Assembly (NCBI GenBank): GCA_963695225.1
Contig: OY968762.1
Span: 2,432,001-2,496,000, forward strand
Length of the DNA stretch: 64,000 nucleotides
Source: Vulcanimicrobiota bacterium
GTDB taxonomy: Bacteria; Vulcanimicrobiota; Vulcanimicrobiia; Vulcanimicrobiales; Vulcanimicrobiaceae
Direction of reading: 5' to 3'
Part shown: positions 49,311 to 57,282 of the stretch, one piece after another
Layout of the letters: each line of letters starts with the position of its first letter
How positions within the stretch are numbered: position 1 is the stretch's first letter
The notes under the pieces: model-generated
Seen by the model: the letters and a program-made list of their open reading frames with translations, nothing else
Told to the model about the DNA's origin: nothing
The model's database searches: none
Translations under genes and position numbers: made by a program

Positions 49311-49326
49311 GCGGCGCGCGCGGCCG

Positions 49327-49692
49327 CTAGGCCTCGTCGTAGCGGTTGACGAGGATCCGGATATCCTTCGCCTTCACGCTGCGCAGGAACGTAATGCTGA
49401 CGTGCTGCGTCCCGAACGCGAAGGGAAATCTGAAGTCGAATGATTCGGCGCCGTCTCCCGGCTCCGCGGCGAACCTTTCGAAGCGTCCTTGGAACCCTTG
49501 CACCGCGGTGCACGGCGCGACGTCGCGGAAGAAGTTGCGTCCGATGACTCGCTCCTTCGGGAGGCGCGACAGCCTCGATTCGTAACTGTTATATTGTTCG
49601 ATCGTGCCTTCGTGGTCGACGACGATCAGGCCGAACGGGAGATCGTCGATCTCGGTTTCGGGGAGATCGAATATCGCTTGAGGGTCGTGCAT
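49327..49692 (-). CDS. pyp: Photoactive yellow protein (PYP) homologue
   Basis: DDLPFG, QYNSYE (Y42/E46), VIGRNFFRDVAPCT (C69), F.GRF; 121 aa. Confidence 0.85.
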   Translation of the reverse strand: MHDPQAIFDLPETEIDDLPFGLIVVDHEGTIEQYNSYESRLSRLPKERVIGRNFFRDVAPCTAVQGFQGRFERFAAEPGDGAESFDFRFPFAFGTQHVSITFLRSVKAKDIRILVNRYDEA

Positions 49693-49699
49693 GACGCCG

Positions 49700-49715
49700 C
49701 GTGAACGTTATCGCA
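49700..49715. promoter_or_regulatory. Crp-like operator between pyp and the Crp/Fnr gene
   Basis: CGTGA-N6-TCGCA compared with the consensus TGTGA-N6-TCACA. Confidence 0.45.
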
Positions 49716-49731
49716 AAGGCCGTAAACTACC

Positions 49732-50391
49732 TTGAGTCCGCAATCTCCGTCCAGGCATCTCGCGCCGGACGACCTCGACCGGCTTGCCGCGGAAGGGCGG
49801 ATCGAACGCATCGCGCGGCGCGGGATCGTCCCGCTCGACGGGCCCACGGTCGCGGTCGTCATGGACGGCTATTTTCGCATTTTTCGGCACTCCGCATTCG
49901 CACACGACGTAACGCTCGGACTCGCCTCGAAGGGAGACGTGCTGGCGGGATCGGCGGTGTTCGGCGGCCATTCCGCCGAGAGCGGGGCCGAAGCGCTCTC
50001 CGAAGGCCACGTGCTGCTGATCGCGCCCGACCGCTTCGCGGCACGGGCCGCCGAGGAGCCGGACCTCTATTTGAAGATGGCGTATTCGCTCGGCCGGCGG
50101 GTCAGCCGCCTCCAGCAACGCATCTCGAGCCTCGGCCGGGTCGGCGTCGAGGGACGCATCGCCGCCGGGCTGCTCGAACTCGCCGACGCCTTCGGGCGCC
50201 CCGTGCCCGGCGGCATCCGGCTCGATCTCCCGCTCTCCCAGGACGATCTGGCCCGCCTGGCGGGGACGACGCGCGAGACGTGCTCCTCGATCGTGGCGGA
50301 GTTCGCGCGGCGCGGGCTCGTCCGCGGCGGGCGCCTACGCGGCCTCACCCTGGTCGACCTAGAGGGGCTCGCCGCCCTCGCGGCCATTTGA
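49732..50391 (+). CDS. Crp/Fnr-family transcriptional regulator
   Basis: cNMP-like N-domain, VEGRIAA.LL, LSQDDLARLAGTTRETCS HTH. Confidence 0.88.
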   Translation: MSPQSPSRHLAPDDLDRLAAEGRIERIARRGIVPLDGPTVAVVMDGYFRIFRHSAFAHDVTLGLASKGDVLAGSAVFGGHSAESGAEALSEGHVLLIAPDRFAARAAEEPDLYLKMAYSLGRRVSRLQQRISSLGRVGVEGRIAAGLLELADAFGRPVPGGIRLDLPLSQDDLARLAGTTRETCSSIVAEFARRGLVRGGRLRGLTLVDLEGLAALAAI

Positions 50392-50416
50392 CATCCTGGG
50401 CGGCATCGCGTAATAT
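50388..50416 (+). promoter_or_regulatory. Sigma70-type promoter of rplM-rpsI
   Basis: TTGACA-N17-TAATAT about 57 bp before the rplM ATG. Confidence 0.8.
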
Positions 50417-50472
50417 TCGATGGTTGTCGGCCCCTCCGGGGGCCCGTTCTTTCTCGTCCATACAAGGCTCGC

Positions 50473-50898
50473 ATGCGCACCTATCAGCAAAAAACGGCAG
50501 AGACCCGGCACGACTGGTACGTCGTCGACGCGACCGGCCAGCGTCTTGGAACGCTCGCCGTGCGCATCGCCCGGGCCCTTTCCGGGAAGCACAAGCCGAC
50601 CTGGACTCCGCACATCGACGACGGCGACCACGTCGTCGTGCTGAATGCGGAGAAGGTCGAACTCGGCGGAAACAAGTGGAGCCAGAAGGTCTACCACCGC
50701 CACAGCGGCTACCCGGGCGGGCTGCGGACCCAGACGGCCGCCGAGGTCCTCGAGAAGCATCCTGAGCGCCTGATCGAACGCGCCGTTCGCGGCATGCTGC
50801 CGACGAATCGCATGCGCGACGTCCAGTTGGGGCGGCTCAAGGTCTACGCCGGAGCGGAAAATCCCCATAGCGCCCAGCAGCCGGCCGCGCTGAAGTAG
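50473..50898 (+). CDS. rplM: 50S ribosomal protein L13
   Basis: WYVVDA, GKHKP.WTPH.D.GD, HSGYPGG, AVRGMLP. Confidence 0.98.
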   Translation: MRTYQQKTAETRHDWYVVDATGQRLGTLAVRIARALSGKHKPTWTPHIDDGDHVVVLNAEKVELGGNKWSQKVYHRHSGYPGGLRTQTAAEVLEKHPERLIERAVRGMLPTNRMRDVQLGRLKVYAGAENPHSAQQPAALK

Positions 50899-50906
50899 GA
50901 GAGATC

Positions 50907-51296
50907 GTGGCAGAAACGTTCCTCGGCACCGGCCGTCGCAAGCGCTCAGTCGCCCGCGTGAAGCTCACGCTCGGCAACGGCGCGATCACGGTCAACTCCA
51001 AGTCGATCGACGAGTATTTCGGGCGGTCGAGCTTGATGCAAATCGTTCGCCAGCCGCTCGAGGTCACGCAGACCGGCGCCCGCTTCGACGTCAACGTCAA
51101 AGCCGAAGGCGGCGGGATCGCGGGACAGGCGGGTGCCGTGCGGCACGGCATCGCCCGCGCGTTGCTCGAGATGGACGAGACCTTGCGCGAACCGTTGCGT
51201 CGCAATGGGCTGCTCACGCGCGACCCGCGCGAAAAGGAATCGAAGAAGTACGGCCGCAAGCGCGCCCGCAAGCGGTTCCAGTTCTCCAAGCGCTGA
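50907..51296 (+). CDS. rpsI: 30S ribosomal protein S9
   Basis: [33 protein letters not shown]. Confidence 0.98.
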   Translation: MAETFLGTGRRKRSVARVKLTLGNGAITVNSKSIDEYFGRSSLMQIVRQPLEVTQTGARFDVNVKAEGGGIAGQAGAVRHGIARALLEMDETLREPLRRNGLLTRDPREKESKKYGRKRARKRFQFSKR

Positions 51297-51320
51297 TCGC
51301 GGCGCCGCTCGAAACGAAAT

Positions 51321-51350
51321 CCCCGGCTTCGGCCGGGGTTTTTCTTTCTT
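51321..51350 (+). terminator. Intrinsic terminator after rpsI
   Basis: CCCCGGC-TTCG-GCCGGGG followed by TTTTTCTTTCTT. Confidence 0.9.
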
Positions 51351-53088
51351 ACAGCGTCAGCGCGTGGACGCGGATGAACTCGTTGCGGCCCTTCACGCGC
51401 GCGACGACGCGCTCCGAGGGGAGCGCGCTCGCCGAGAGCTCGTAGGTCGCCTCGTCGCAGTAGATGCCACCGGGCGGAGCGGCGCTCTGCAGCGCCGCCG
51501 CGAGGTTCACCGCGTCGCCGATCACCGTGTAGTCCATCCGCGCTTCGCTCCCGATGTGCCCGGCGACGACGTCCCCGGTCGCGAGCCCGATCGAGATTTG
51601 CAGCGGCTGCTGCAGCCGCGGTCCGAGTTCCGCGACCGCGCGATGGAGCCGCAGCGCCGCCGACACGGCGCGCTGTGCGTCGTCGTCGCGGACGCGCGGC
51701 GGGCCGAAGACCGCGAGCAGGCCGTCGCCGTAGAACTTGTCGAGCAGCCCGTCGCAGGCGAAGATCGCCTTTACGGCTTCGGTGAAGTAGGTGTTGAGGA
51801 TCTCCACGACGCGCTCGGCGGGAAGGCTTGCCGCGAGCGCCGTGAAACCGCGGATGTCCGCGAAGAGCATCGTTGCGCGGACGCGCTCCCCGCCGAGGCG
51901 CAGCCTTCCCGGGTCCCGCATCAGGCTCTGGACGACGTGCGGCGCGAGGTAGCGCGAGAACGAGTCCTCGATCGCGCTGGAACGCGCGACGTGTTCTTCG
52001 TGCCTGACCTGCAGATCGCGCTGTTCCGTCACGTCGAGGATGACGATCGTGACGCCCATCCCGTCGTCGTCGTGCATCGGGGAGAAACGGACTTGCAGCG
52101 TCTGCAACTCGCCGCTCGCCGATTCGCGCTCGACCTCGGCGCGCAGCGTTACGGCGCCGCTTCCGAAGAACGTGTCGAGGAGCTCGGCGAAATCGGGGAT
52201 CAGCGGCTCGAGCGCGCTCGCGCTGCTTCCCAGGATCGCGCTCTCCTCGATCCCGAACGTCGTCTCGGCCGCGCGGTTGAAGGTGCTGATCCTGCCGGCG
52301 GCGTCGAGCGTGATCACGCCGTTGCCGACGGCTTCGAGGATGCGGCGGCGGTACTGCTCGAGTTGCGCGTTCGCGCGCGCGCGCTTCTGCTCTTCGCTGA
52401 ACAGGCGCGCGTTCTCCAGGGCGAGCGCGGATTGGTTCGCGAGCGAGGTCAGCATCTCGTGATCGCTGCGCGTGATGATGTCCGTAAGCAAGCGCGAATC
52501 GACGGAGAGCGCCCCGATCGCGCGGCCCTGGACGCGCAGCGGCACGCAGGAGACCGCGCGCAGCTTGAGCGCGACGACCGTCGGATCGTTCTTCCAGCGG
52601 GCGTGCAACTGCGCGTCGGCGCAATAGACCGGCTCTTCGCCGCGTAGCACGGCCTCGATCATCGAGGCGGGCGGCGGGGCCTCGGAATCGCGGCGTTCGC
52701 CCTCCGGCGTCTGCGAGCGCGCGAACGAGCGTCCGTCGGAGAGCGTGAGCACCGCGTTCTCGGCGCGCGTCATCTCGAGCGGAAGGTCGACGATTTGCCG
52801 CGCGACCTCTTCGAAATCGAGCGAAGCGTTGATGCGCGTCGTGACGCGCGCGAGCAGGCTGCCTTTAAGGACCTCGCGCCCGATCTGCGCTTCCGCGCGC
52901 TGCAGCGAAGTTCGCAGCGACGCATCGACCCGTTCGACGGTTTCGCACCAGCGCCAGACCGCGAGCAAGGCGTCTTTCGCCTCGGCGGTATCCTCGCGCT
53001 CGTTCAATGCCGCGGCAAGGGCCTGTAATTCGCGGCCTGGGACCTTCGCGCCGCCCTCGTCGCGATTCACGAACGGCGAGACGGGCAT
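51349..53088 (-). CDS. GAF-PAS-class III adenylate/guanylate cyclase
   Basis: GAF (CVPL..IGAL.VD..ALALENARL), PAS (GVITLD..GRI..FNRAAE), cyclase (LFADIRGFT, DKFYGDG, DYTVIGDAVNLA). Start uncertain (53088-53112). Confidence 0.9.
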   Translation of the reverse strand: MPVSPFVNRDEGGAKVPGRELQALAAALNEREDTAEAKDALLAVWRWCETVERVDASLRTSLQRAEAQIGREVLKGSLLARVTTRINASLDFEEVARQIVDLPLEMTRAENAVLTLSDGRSFARSQTPEGERRDSEAPPPASMIEAVLRGEEPVYCADAQLHARWKNDPTVVALKLRAVSCVPLRVQGRAIGALSVDSRLLTDIITRSDHEMLTSLANQSALALENARLFSEEQKRARANAQLEQYRRRILEAVGNGVITLDAAGRISTFNRAAETTFGIEESAILGSSASALEPLIPDFAELLDTFFGSGAVTLRAEVERESASGELQTLQVRFSPMHDDDGMGVTIVILDVTEQRDLQVRHEEHVARSSAIEDSFSRYLAPHVVQSLMRDPGRLRLGGERVRATMLFADIRGFTALAASLPAERVVEILNTYFTEAVKAIFACDGLLDKFYGDGLLAVFGPPRVRDDDAQRAVSAALRLHRAVAELGPRLQQPLQISIGLATGDVVAGHIGSEARMDYTVIGDAVNLAAALQSAAPPGGIYCDEATYELSASALPSERVVARVKGRNEFIRVHALTL

Positions 53089-53202
53089 CCTGCGAACCCG
53101 ATCATGATACAACCCTACTCTTCGGCACGAATCGCCGGGACGTTCACGCGCCGGACACGGAATCGTTCGCCCGCGTTCACGGCGGCCCGCTACGATGCTG
53201 CC

Positions 53203-53412
53203 ATGAATCCGATTTCATTCGATCTCGAGCGGGGACTTGCCGCTTCCCGCCGCGCGCTCTGCGATGCGGCGCGCGCCGTCGCGACGGCGCAAGCGAAGGG
53301 TACGCCGGCGTCCGGCGCGCAGGCAGCCGCCGCTCGCGCCGCGATCTTCTCGGACGCCGTCCTGTCCGCCGTGCGCGCGCACCTCGAAGAACTGAAGGTC
53401 GTGGCGAAGTGA
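53203..53412 (+). CDS. Miniature FlgB-like proximal rod protein (69 aa)
   Basis: First gene before flgC with GTGA coupling; helical termini, C-terminus AVRAHLEELKVVAK resembles the FlgB end; highly degenerate. Confidence 0.5.
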   Translation: MNPISFDLERGLAASRRALCDAARAVATAQAKGTPASGAQAAAARAAIFSDAVLSAVRAHLEELKVVAK

Positions 53413-53774
53413 ACGAGTTCTCGATCCTCTCGATTTCCGCCGCCGGGATGGAGGTGCAGCGCGGCGCTCTCGACATCGCAGCCCGGAACGTCGCCGCCGC
53501 CCAGGTCGCCGGCCCCGACGGATCGTTCGAACGGCTCGTGCCGCGTTTCGCGGTCGCACCACTCGACGACGATCCGCCGGACGGCCTCCCCGACGGCGAC
53601 GAGTTCCCGGCCGTGCGCCTGGCCGGCGCGGAGCCGATGCGCGGGAGCGAAGCCGACGCCGTCACGGAGATGGTCGCCGTCCTTGCCGCGCAGCGCGCAT
53701 ACGAGGCGAACGCGAGCGTTTTCGAGGCGGGGAAGCGCCTCGCCGAACGGACGATCGACGTGGGGCGGCTGTGA
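53409..53774 (+). CDS. flgC: Flagellar basal-body rod protein FlgC
   Basis: ISAAGM..QR..LDI.ARNVA; D.VTEMV..L.AQRAYEAN..V. Confidence 0.85.
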   Translation: MNEFSILSISAAGMEVQRGALDIAARNVAAAQVAGPDGSFERLVPRFAVAPLDDDPPDGLPDGDEFPAVRLAGAEPMRGSEADAVTEMVAVLAAQRAYEANASVFEAGKRLAERTIDVGRL

Positions 53775-54055
53775 GGGTCGTCCCGCTGCAGTCCGACGTT
53801 CCGCTCGCTCCCGGAGCGGAGCCTCCCGCCGCGCCCGCGGCGGCGTTCGCCGGCGTCCTCGCTTCGGCGTTGGACGCCGCCGGCGAGGCACTCGGCCGAG
53901 CCGAGCGGGCCGAAGGCTCGTTCCTGCACGGTCGCGGCGGCATCGCCGAAATGGTCGTCGAGCGAGCCCGGGCCGACGTCATGCTCTCGCTCGCGGCGGC
54001 GGCGAGTTCCCGCGCGTCGCAGGCTCTCGCGACGGTCCTCGGGATGCAGGTCTGA
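53771..54055 (+). CDS. fliE: Flagellar hook-basal body protein FliE
   Basis: FAGVLASAL...IAEMVV...A...L......VLGMQV C-terminus; position between flgC and fliF. Confidence 0.8.
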   Translation: MRVVPLQSDVPLAPGAEPPAAPAAAFAGVLASALDAAGEALGRAERAEGSFLHGRGGIAEMVVERARADVMLSLAAAASSRASQALATVLGMQV

Positions 54056-54058
54056 TCC

Positions 54059-55516
54059 GTGCGCGCGCTCTTCGCGCGGGTCGCCGCGCTCTCGCCGCGG
54101 GAGCGCCTCCTCGGCGGCGCGCTCGCCGCTGCGGCGGTGGCCGCGCTCGCTCTCGGGCTCGTACTCGGCCGTGACGTCCGCGAACCGCTCTTCGCGGCGC
54201 CGCTCGACGCGGCGCAACTCGCGGAAGTCGAGGAGCGCCTCGCGGGCTGGGGCGTTCCGTTCGTGGCGGGGAGCGACGGCGTCCGCGTCGATCCGCGCGG
54301 CCGCAACGATCTGCTCCTGCGCCTCTCGCTGGCGGGCGTCCCTCACGCCCACGTCACGACGACCAGCGAGGCGCTCGCGAAAGCGGGACCGCTGACCCCG
54401 CAATCCGTGCTCGACGCGCAGGCGCTCGACGGCCTGGCCGGGGATCTCGCGCTCGGCTTGCGGGGGATCGCCGGCATCGACGACGTCCGCGTGATCCTCG
54501 CGCCCGGGCGGCGCGCCGCGTTCGCCGACGAGCGCCCGGACGATCCGAGCGGGAGCGTCCGCCTTCGGATCCGCTCGGGGACGACGCTTTCCCCCCAGAC
54601 CGTGGAGGGCATCCGCGCGTTCGTCGCCGCGGGCGTCCCGGGCTTGCACGCGAACCGGGTCACGATCCTCGACGATCGCGGAACCGCGCTCGGCGACGCG
54701 GGCGGCGCCGTCGCGGAGGATGCAGCCGCACTTCAAGCCTCGCTCCAGTCGGCGCTCGATGCCGCGTTCGGGAGCGGCGCGACCGTCGTCCGCGTCCACG
54801 TGGCGACCGAACCCGGGGCGCGCGAAGTCCGCGATCTGCGGCGGACCGCGCTCGGCGGCGAATCGATCGCCGCCGCGTCGCTCGAAGAACGCTACGCCGG
54901 CGACCGCAAACGCTACGTCAAGCGCCAGGCGAACGAGGACCGCGGGAGCGACCTGCGCGACGAGCGGACGCAACTTCCGGCAGGCAGGATCGAACGGATC
55001 ACCGTCGCCGTCCTGCTCGACGCGAACCGCCGTCTGGATGCGGCGAAAGTACGCTCGCTCGCGGCGGCGACGCTCGGGCTCGAAGCGGCGCGCGGCGACG
55101 AAGTGCGCGTGGAGGAACTGCCGTTCGCGGCTGCGCCGCACGCGGGCGGACGGGGAGCAGCGTGGTTCGGCCTGATCGCCGCCGTCGTTCCCAGCCTCGC
55201 CTTCGCCGCGGCGGGGTTGCTCGCGCTCCGCTGGGGCTACAAGCCGCTCCTCGCGAGCCTCGAGACGATCGTCGCGAAGGTGACGTTGCGGCGGAGGACC
55301 CGCCAAGTCGCGGGTTTCCCGCCGGCGGCCGTCCGCGGGGCGTTGCGGGGGGAGCCGCCGCACACTGCGGCAGCGATCATCAGCGCGCTCCCGACCGCGA
55401 CCGCCACGGCGGTCCTCGAACTGTATCCGCCGGAGGAGCGCAGCGCGATCGTCCGGCGCATGTCGCGTGCGGCCGCCCCCGCCGTCCCCGATTGCGAGAC
55501 GCTCTTACGTGGCTGA
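54059..55516 (+). CDS. fliF: MS-ring protein FliF fused to a FliG middle-domain-like C-terminus
   Basis: TM1, RBM1/2 (FVAAGVPGL..NRVTILDDRG), RBM3 (GRIERITVAVLLD..RGDEVRV..LPF), TM2, then LRGEPPHTAAAIISALP...SAIVRRM. Confidence 0.85.
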   Translation: MRALFARVAALSPRERLLGGALAAAAVAALALGLVLGRDVREPLFAAPLDAAQLAEVEERLAGWGVPFVAGSDGVRVDPRGRNDLLLRLSLAGVPHAHVTTTSEALAKAGPLTPQSVLDAQALDGLAGDLALGLRGIAGIDDVRVILAPGRRAAFADERPDDPSGSVRLRIRSGTTLSPQTVEGIRAFVAAGVPGLHANRVTILDDRGTALGDAGGAVAEDAAALQASLQSALDAAFGSGATVVRVHVATEPGAREVRDLRRTALGGESIAAASLEERYAGDRKRYVKRQANEDRGSDLRDERTQLPAGRIERITVAVLLDANRRLDAAKVRSLAAATLGLEAARGDEVRVEELPFAAAPHAGGRGAAWFGLIAAVVPSLAFAAAGLLALRWGYKPLLASLETIVAKVTLRRRTRQVAGFPPAAVRGALRGEPPHTAAAIISALPTATATAVLELYPPEERSAIVRRMSRAAAPAVPDCETLLRG

Positions 55517-55988
55517 TTTCGTCCCGCTCGCGGAGTGGCTGCGCGATGGACGCGAGCCCCGCGGATCGGCCCCGGCCGCATCCGAGGAGGAACGCGAGCC
55601 GCCTGCGCAGGCGCCGCCGGCGGCGGAGCCGTTTGCCGATTTCTCCGGAGAGCTCGGCTTGCTCCGCGTTGCCGCTTGCGAAGGGTTCGAAGGCGCGGCC
55701 CGCCGTTTGCTCGAGCGGCTCGCGCGCGACGTGCTCGGCCGGGAGCTCGCGCTCGCGCCGTGTGACCTCGCAGCGCTCGTCGACGCGGCGCGCGCGGAGT
55801 TGGAAGCGAGCGAGCCGGTTTGCTTCGTCGTCCCGCCCGGCGCCGAGGCACACCTCCCGCCCGGCCTGGCATACCGGACCGATCCCCGGCTCGCTCCGGG
55901 CGACTTGTTCGTGGAAGTCCGCGACGGCGCGTTCGATGCGCGCCTCCACGTGCGCGCGAATCGCGCGCTCGAAGGGCTCGGCGAGTGA
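55509..55988 (+). CDS. Short FliH-like export ATPase regulator
   Basis: Position before fliI; C-terminal DPRLAPGD.FVE..DG.FDARL. Confidence 0.7.
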   Translation: MADFVPLAEWLRDGREPRGSAPAASEEEREPPAQAPPAAEPFADFSGELGLLRVAACEGFEGAARRLLERLARDVLGRELALAPCDLAALVDAARAELEASEPVCFVVPPGAEAHLPPGLAYRTDPRLAPGDLFVEVRDGAFDARLHVRANRALEGLGE

Positions 55989-57244
55989 TCGGGGCGGCGC
56001 TCGGGCGCGTTGCCCGCACGCATGGGGAGCTCCTGGCCGTCACGCTCCCTGGCGCGCGCGTCGGCGACGGCGTCCGGATCCACGGCGGGCGCGAGCCGCT
56101 GACCGGGCACGTCGTAGCGGTCGACGGCACGGGGGCCGTCGTCGCGCCGTTCGGCGCGGTGCGGGGGATCGCCGTCGGGGACAGGGTCGAGCTGGACGCG
56201 CGGGCGCTAGCGGTCCCGCTCGGTTGCCCCGTCCTCGGCCGCGCGCTCGATGCGTTCGGCCGCTCGCTCGACGGCGGGCCTGCGCCGGAAGGGCCTCCTC
56301 GAACGGCCCTTCGAAGGGCGCCGGCGCCGCACGAACGGCTCCCGGGCGGTGCGCCGCTATGGACGGGAATCGCCGCGATCGACGGGCTGTTCGCCTTCGC
56401 GCGGGGTTCCCGCATCGGCATCTTCGGGCCCCCGGGCTCCGGAAAGACGACGCTACTCGAGGGGATCGTCGCCTCCGCCCGGGCGGACGCGGTCGTTCTC
56501 GGACTCGTCGGCGAGCGCGGGCGGGAGGCCCAGGCGTGGTGCGCTCGCCGGAACCCGCGGGCGACGATCGTGTGCGCCACCAGCGACCGCAGTTCGGTCG
56601 AACGGGCGCGCGCCGCCGAAGTCGCGCTGGCGCAGGCCGCTCACCTTGCCGCGCGCGGGGCGCACGTCGTCCTGATCCTCGACAGTTTGGCGCGTTACGC
56701 CGCCGCCGTGCGCGAACAACGCATCGCGAACGGAGAGCCGGCCGGGAAGGGCGGTTATCCGCCCGGCGTCTTCGCGGAGGTCGCCCGTTATCTCGAGACT
56801 GCGGGCGAACTGCGGACCGGTTCGATCACGCTCGTCGCCTCCGTGCTCTCGGAGGCGGGCGACGAGCACGACCCGCTCTCCGAAGCGGCGCGCTCCTACT
56901 TGGATGGCCATCTCGTCCTCTCGCCCGCGCTCGCGCGAGCAGGCCGTTTTCCGGCGCTTGACGTCCTCGCGAGCGGGAGCCGGACGTTTGGGCTCGTCGC
57001 CGCGCCGGAACAACGAGCCGATGCGTCGGCTGTTCGCTCGGCTCTGGCGCTGCTCGCCGAAACGCACGATCTGCGTACGCTCGGTCTCGCCGATACGAGC
57101 GAAGCACGCCTGCGCGCCGCACTCGAAGCCGAGCCTGCGCTCTCCGCCTTCGTCCACGACGCCGTGCCGAGCGCGCCGCAGCGGAGCCTCGCGCGCCTCG
57201 CCGCCGTCGCCCGTCCGCTGCGTGGGGCTGGTTTCGGAACGTAG
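55985..57244 (+). CDS. fliI: Flagellar/type III export ATPase FliI
   Basis: TGIAAIDGL, Walker A GPPGSGKT, GERGRE, LDSLARYA, GYPP, GSIT, LDGH.VLS, ALDVLASGSR. Confidence 0.9.
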   Translation: MIGAALGRVARTHGELLAVTLPGARVGDGVRIHGGREPLTGHVVAVDGTGAVVAPFGAVRGIAVGDRVELDARALAVPLGCPVLGRALDAFGRSLDGGPAPEGPPRTALRRAPAPHERLPGGAPLWTGIAAIDGLFAFARGSRIGIFGPPGSGKTTLLEGIVASARADAVVLGLVGERGREAQAWCARRNPRATIVCATSDRSSVERARAAEVALAQAAHLAARGAHVVLILDSLARYAAAVREQRIANGEPAGKGGYPPGVFAEVARYLETAGELRTGSITLVASVLSEAGDEHDPLSEAARSYLDGHLVLSPALARAGRFPALDVLASGSRTFGLVAAPEQRADASAVRSALALLAETHDLRTLGLADTSEARLRAALEAEPALSAFVHDAVPSAPQRSLARLAAVARPLRGAGFGT

Positions 57245-57282
57245 CGGCAGTATGGAGCGGACGCGCGCAGAAGCGCCCCTTC

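Noticed and set aside
49327..53112. A single PYP-cyclase-Crp cAMP light circuit
   Set aside because: rplM-rpsI separate the genes, the Crp protein lacks the cAMP-binding residues and the cyclase lacks its catalytic Arg, so they are reported separately.
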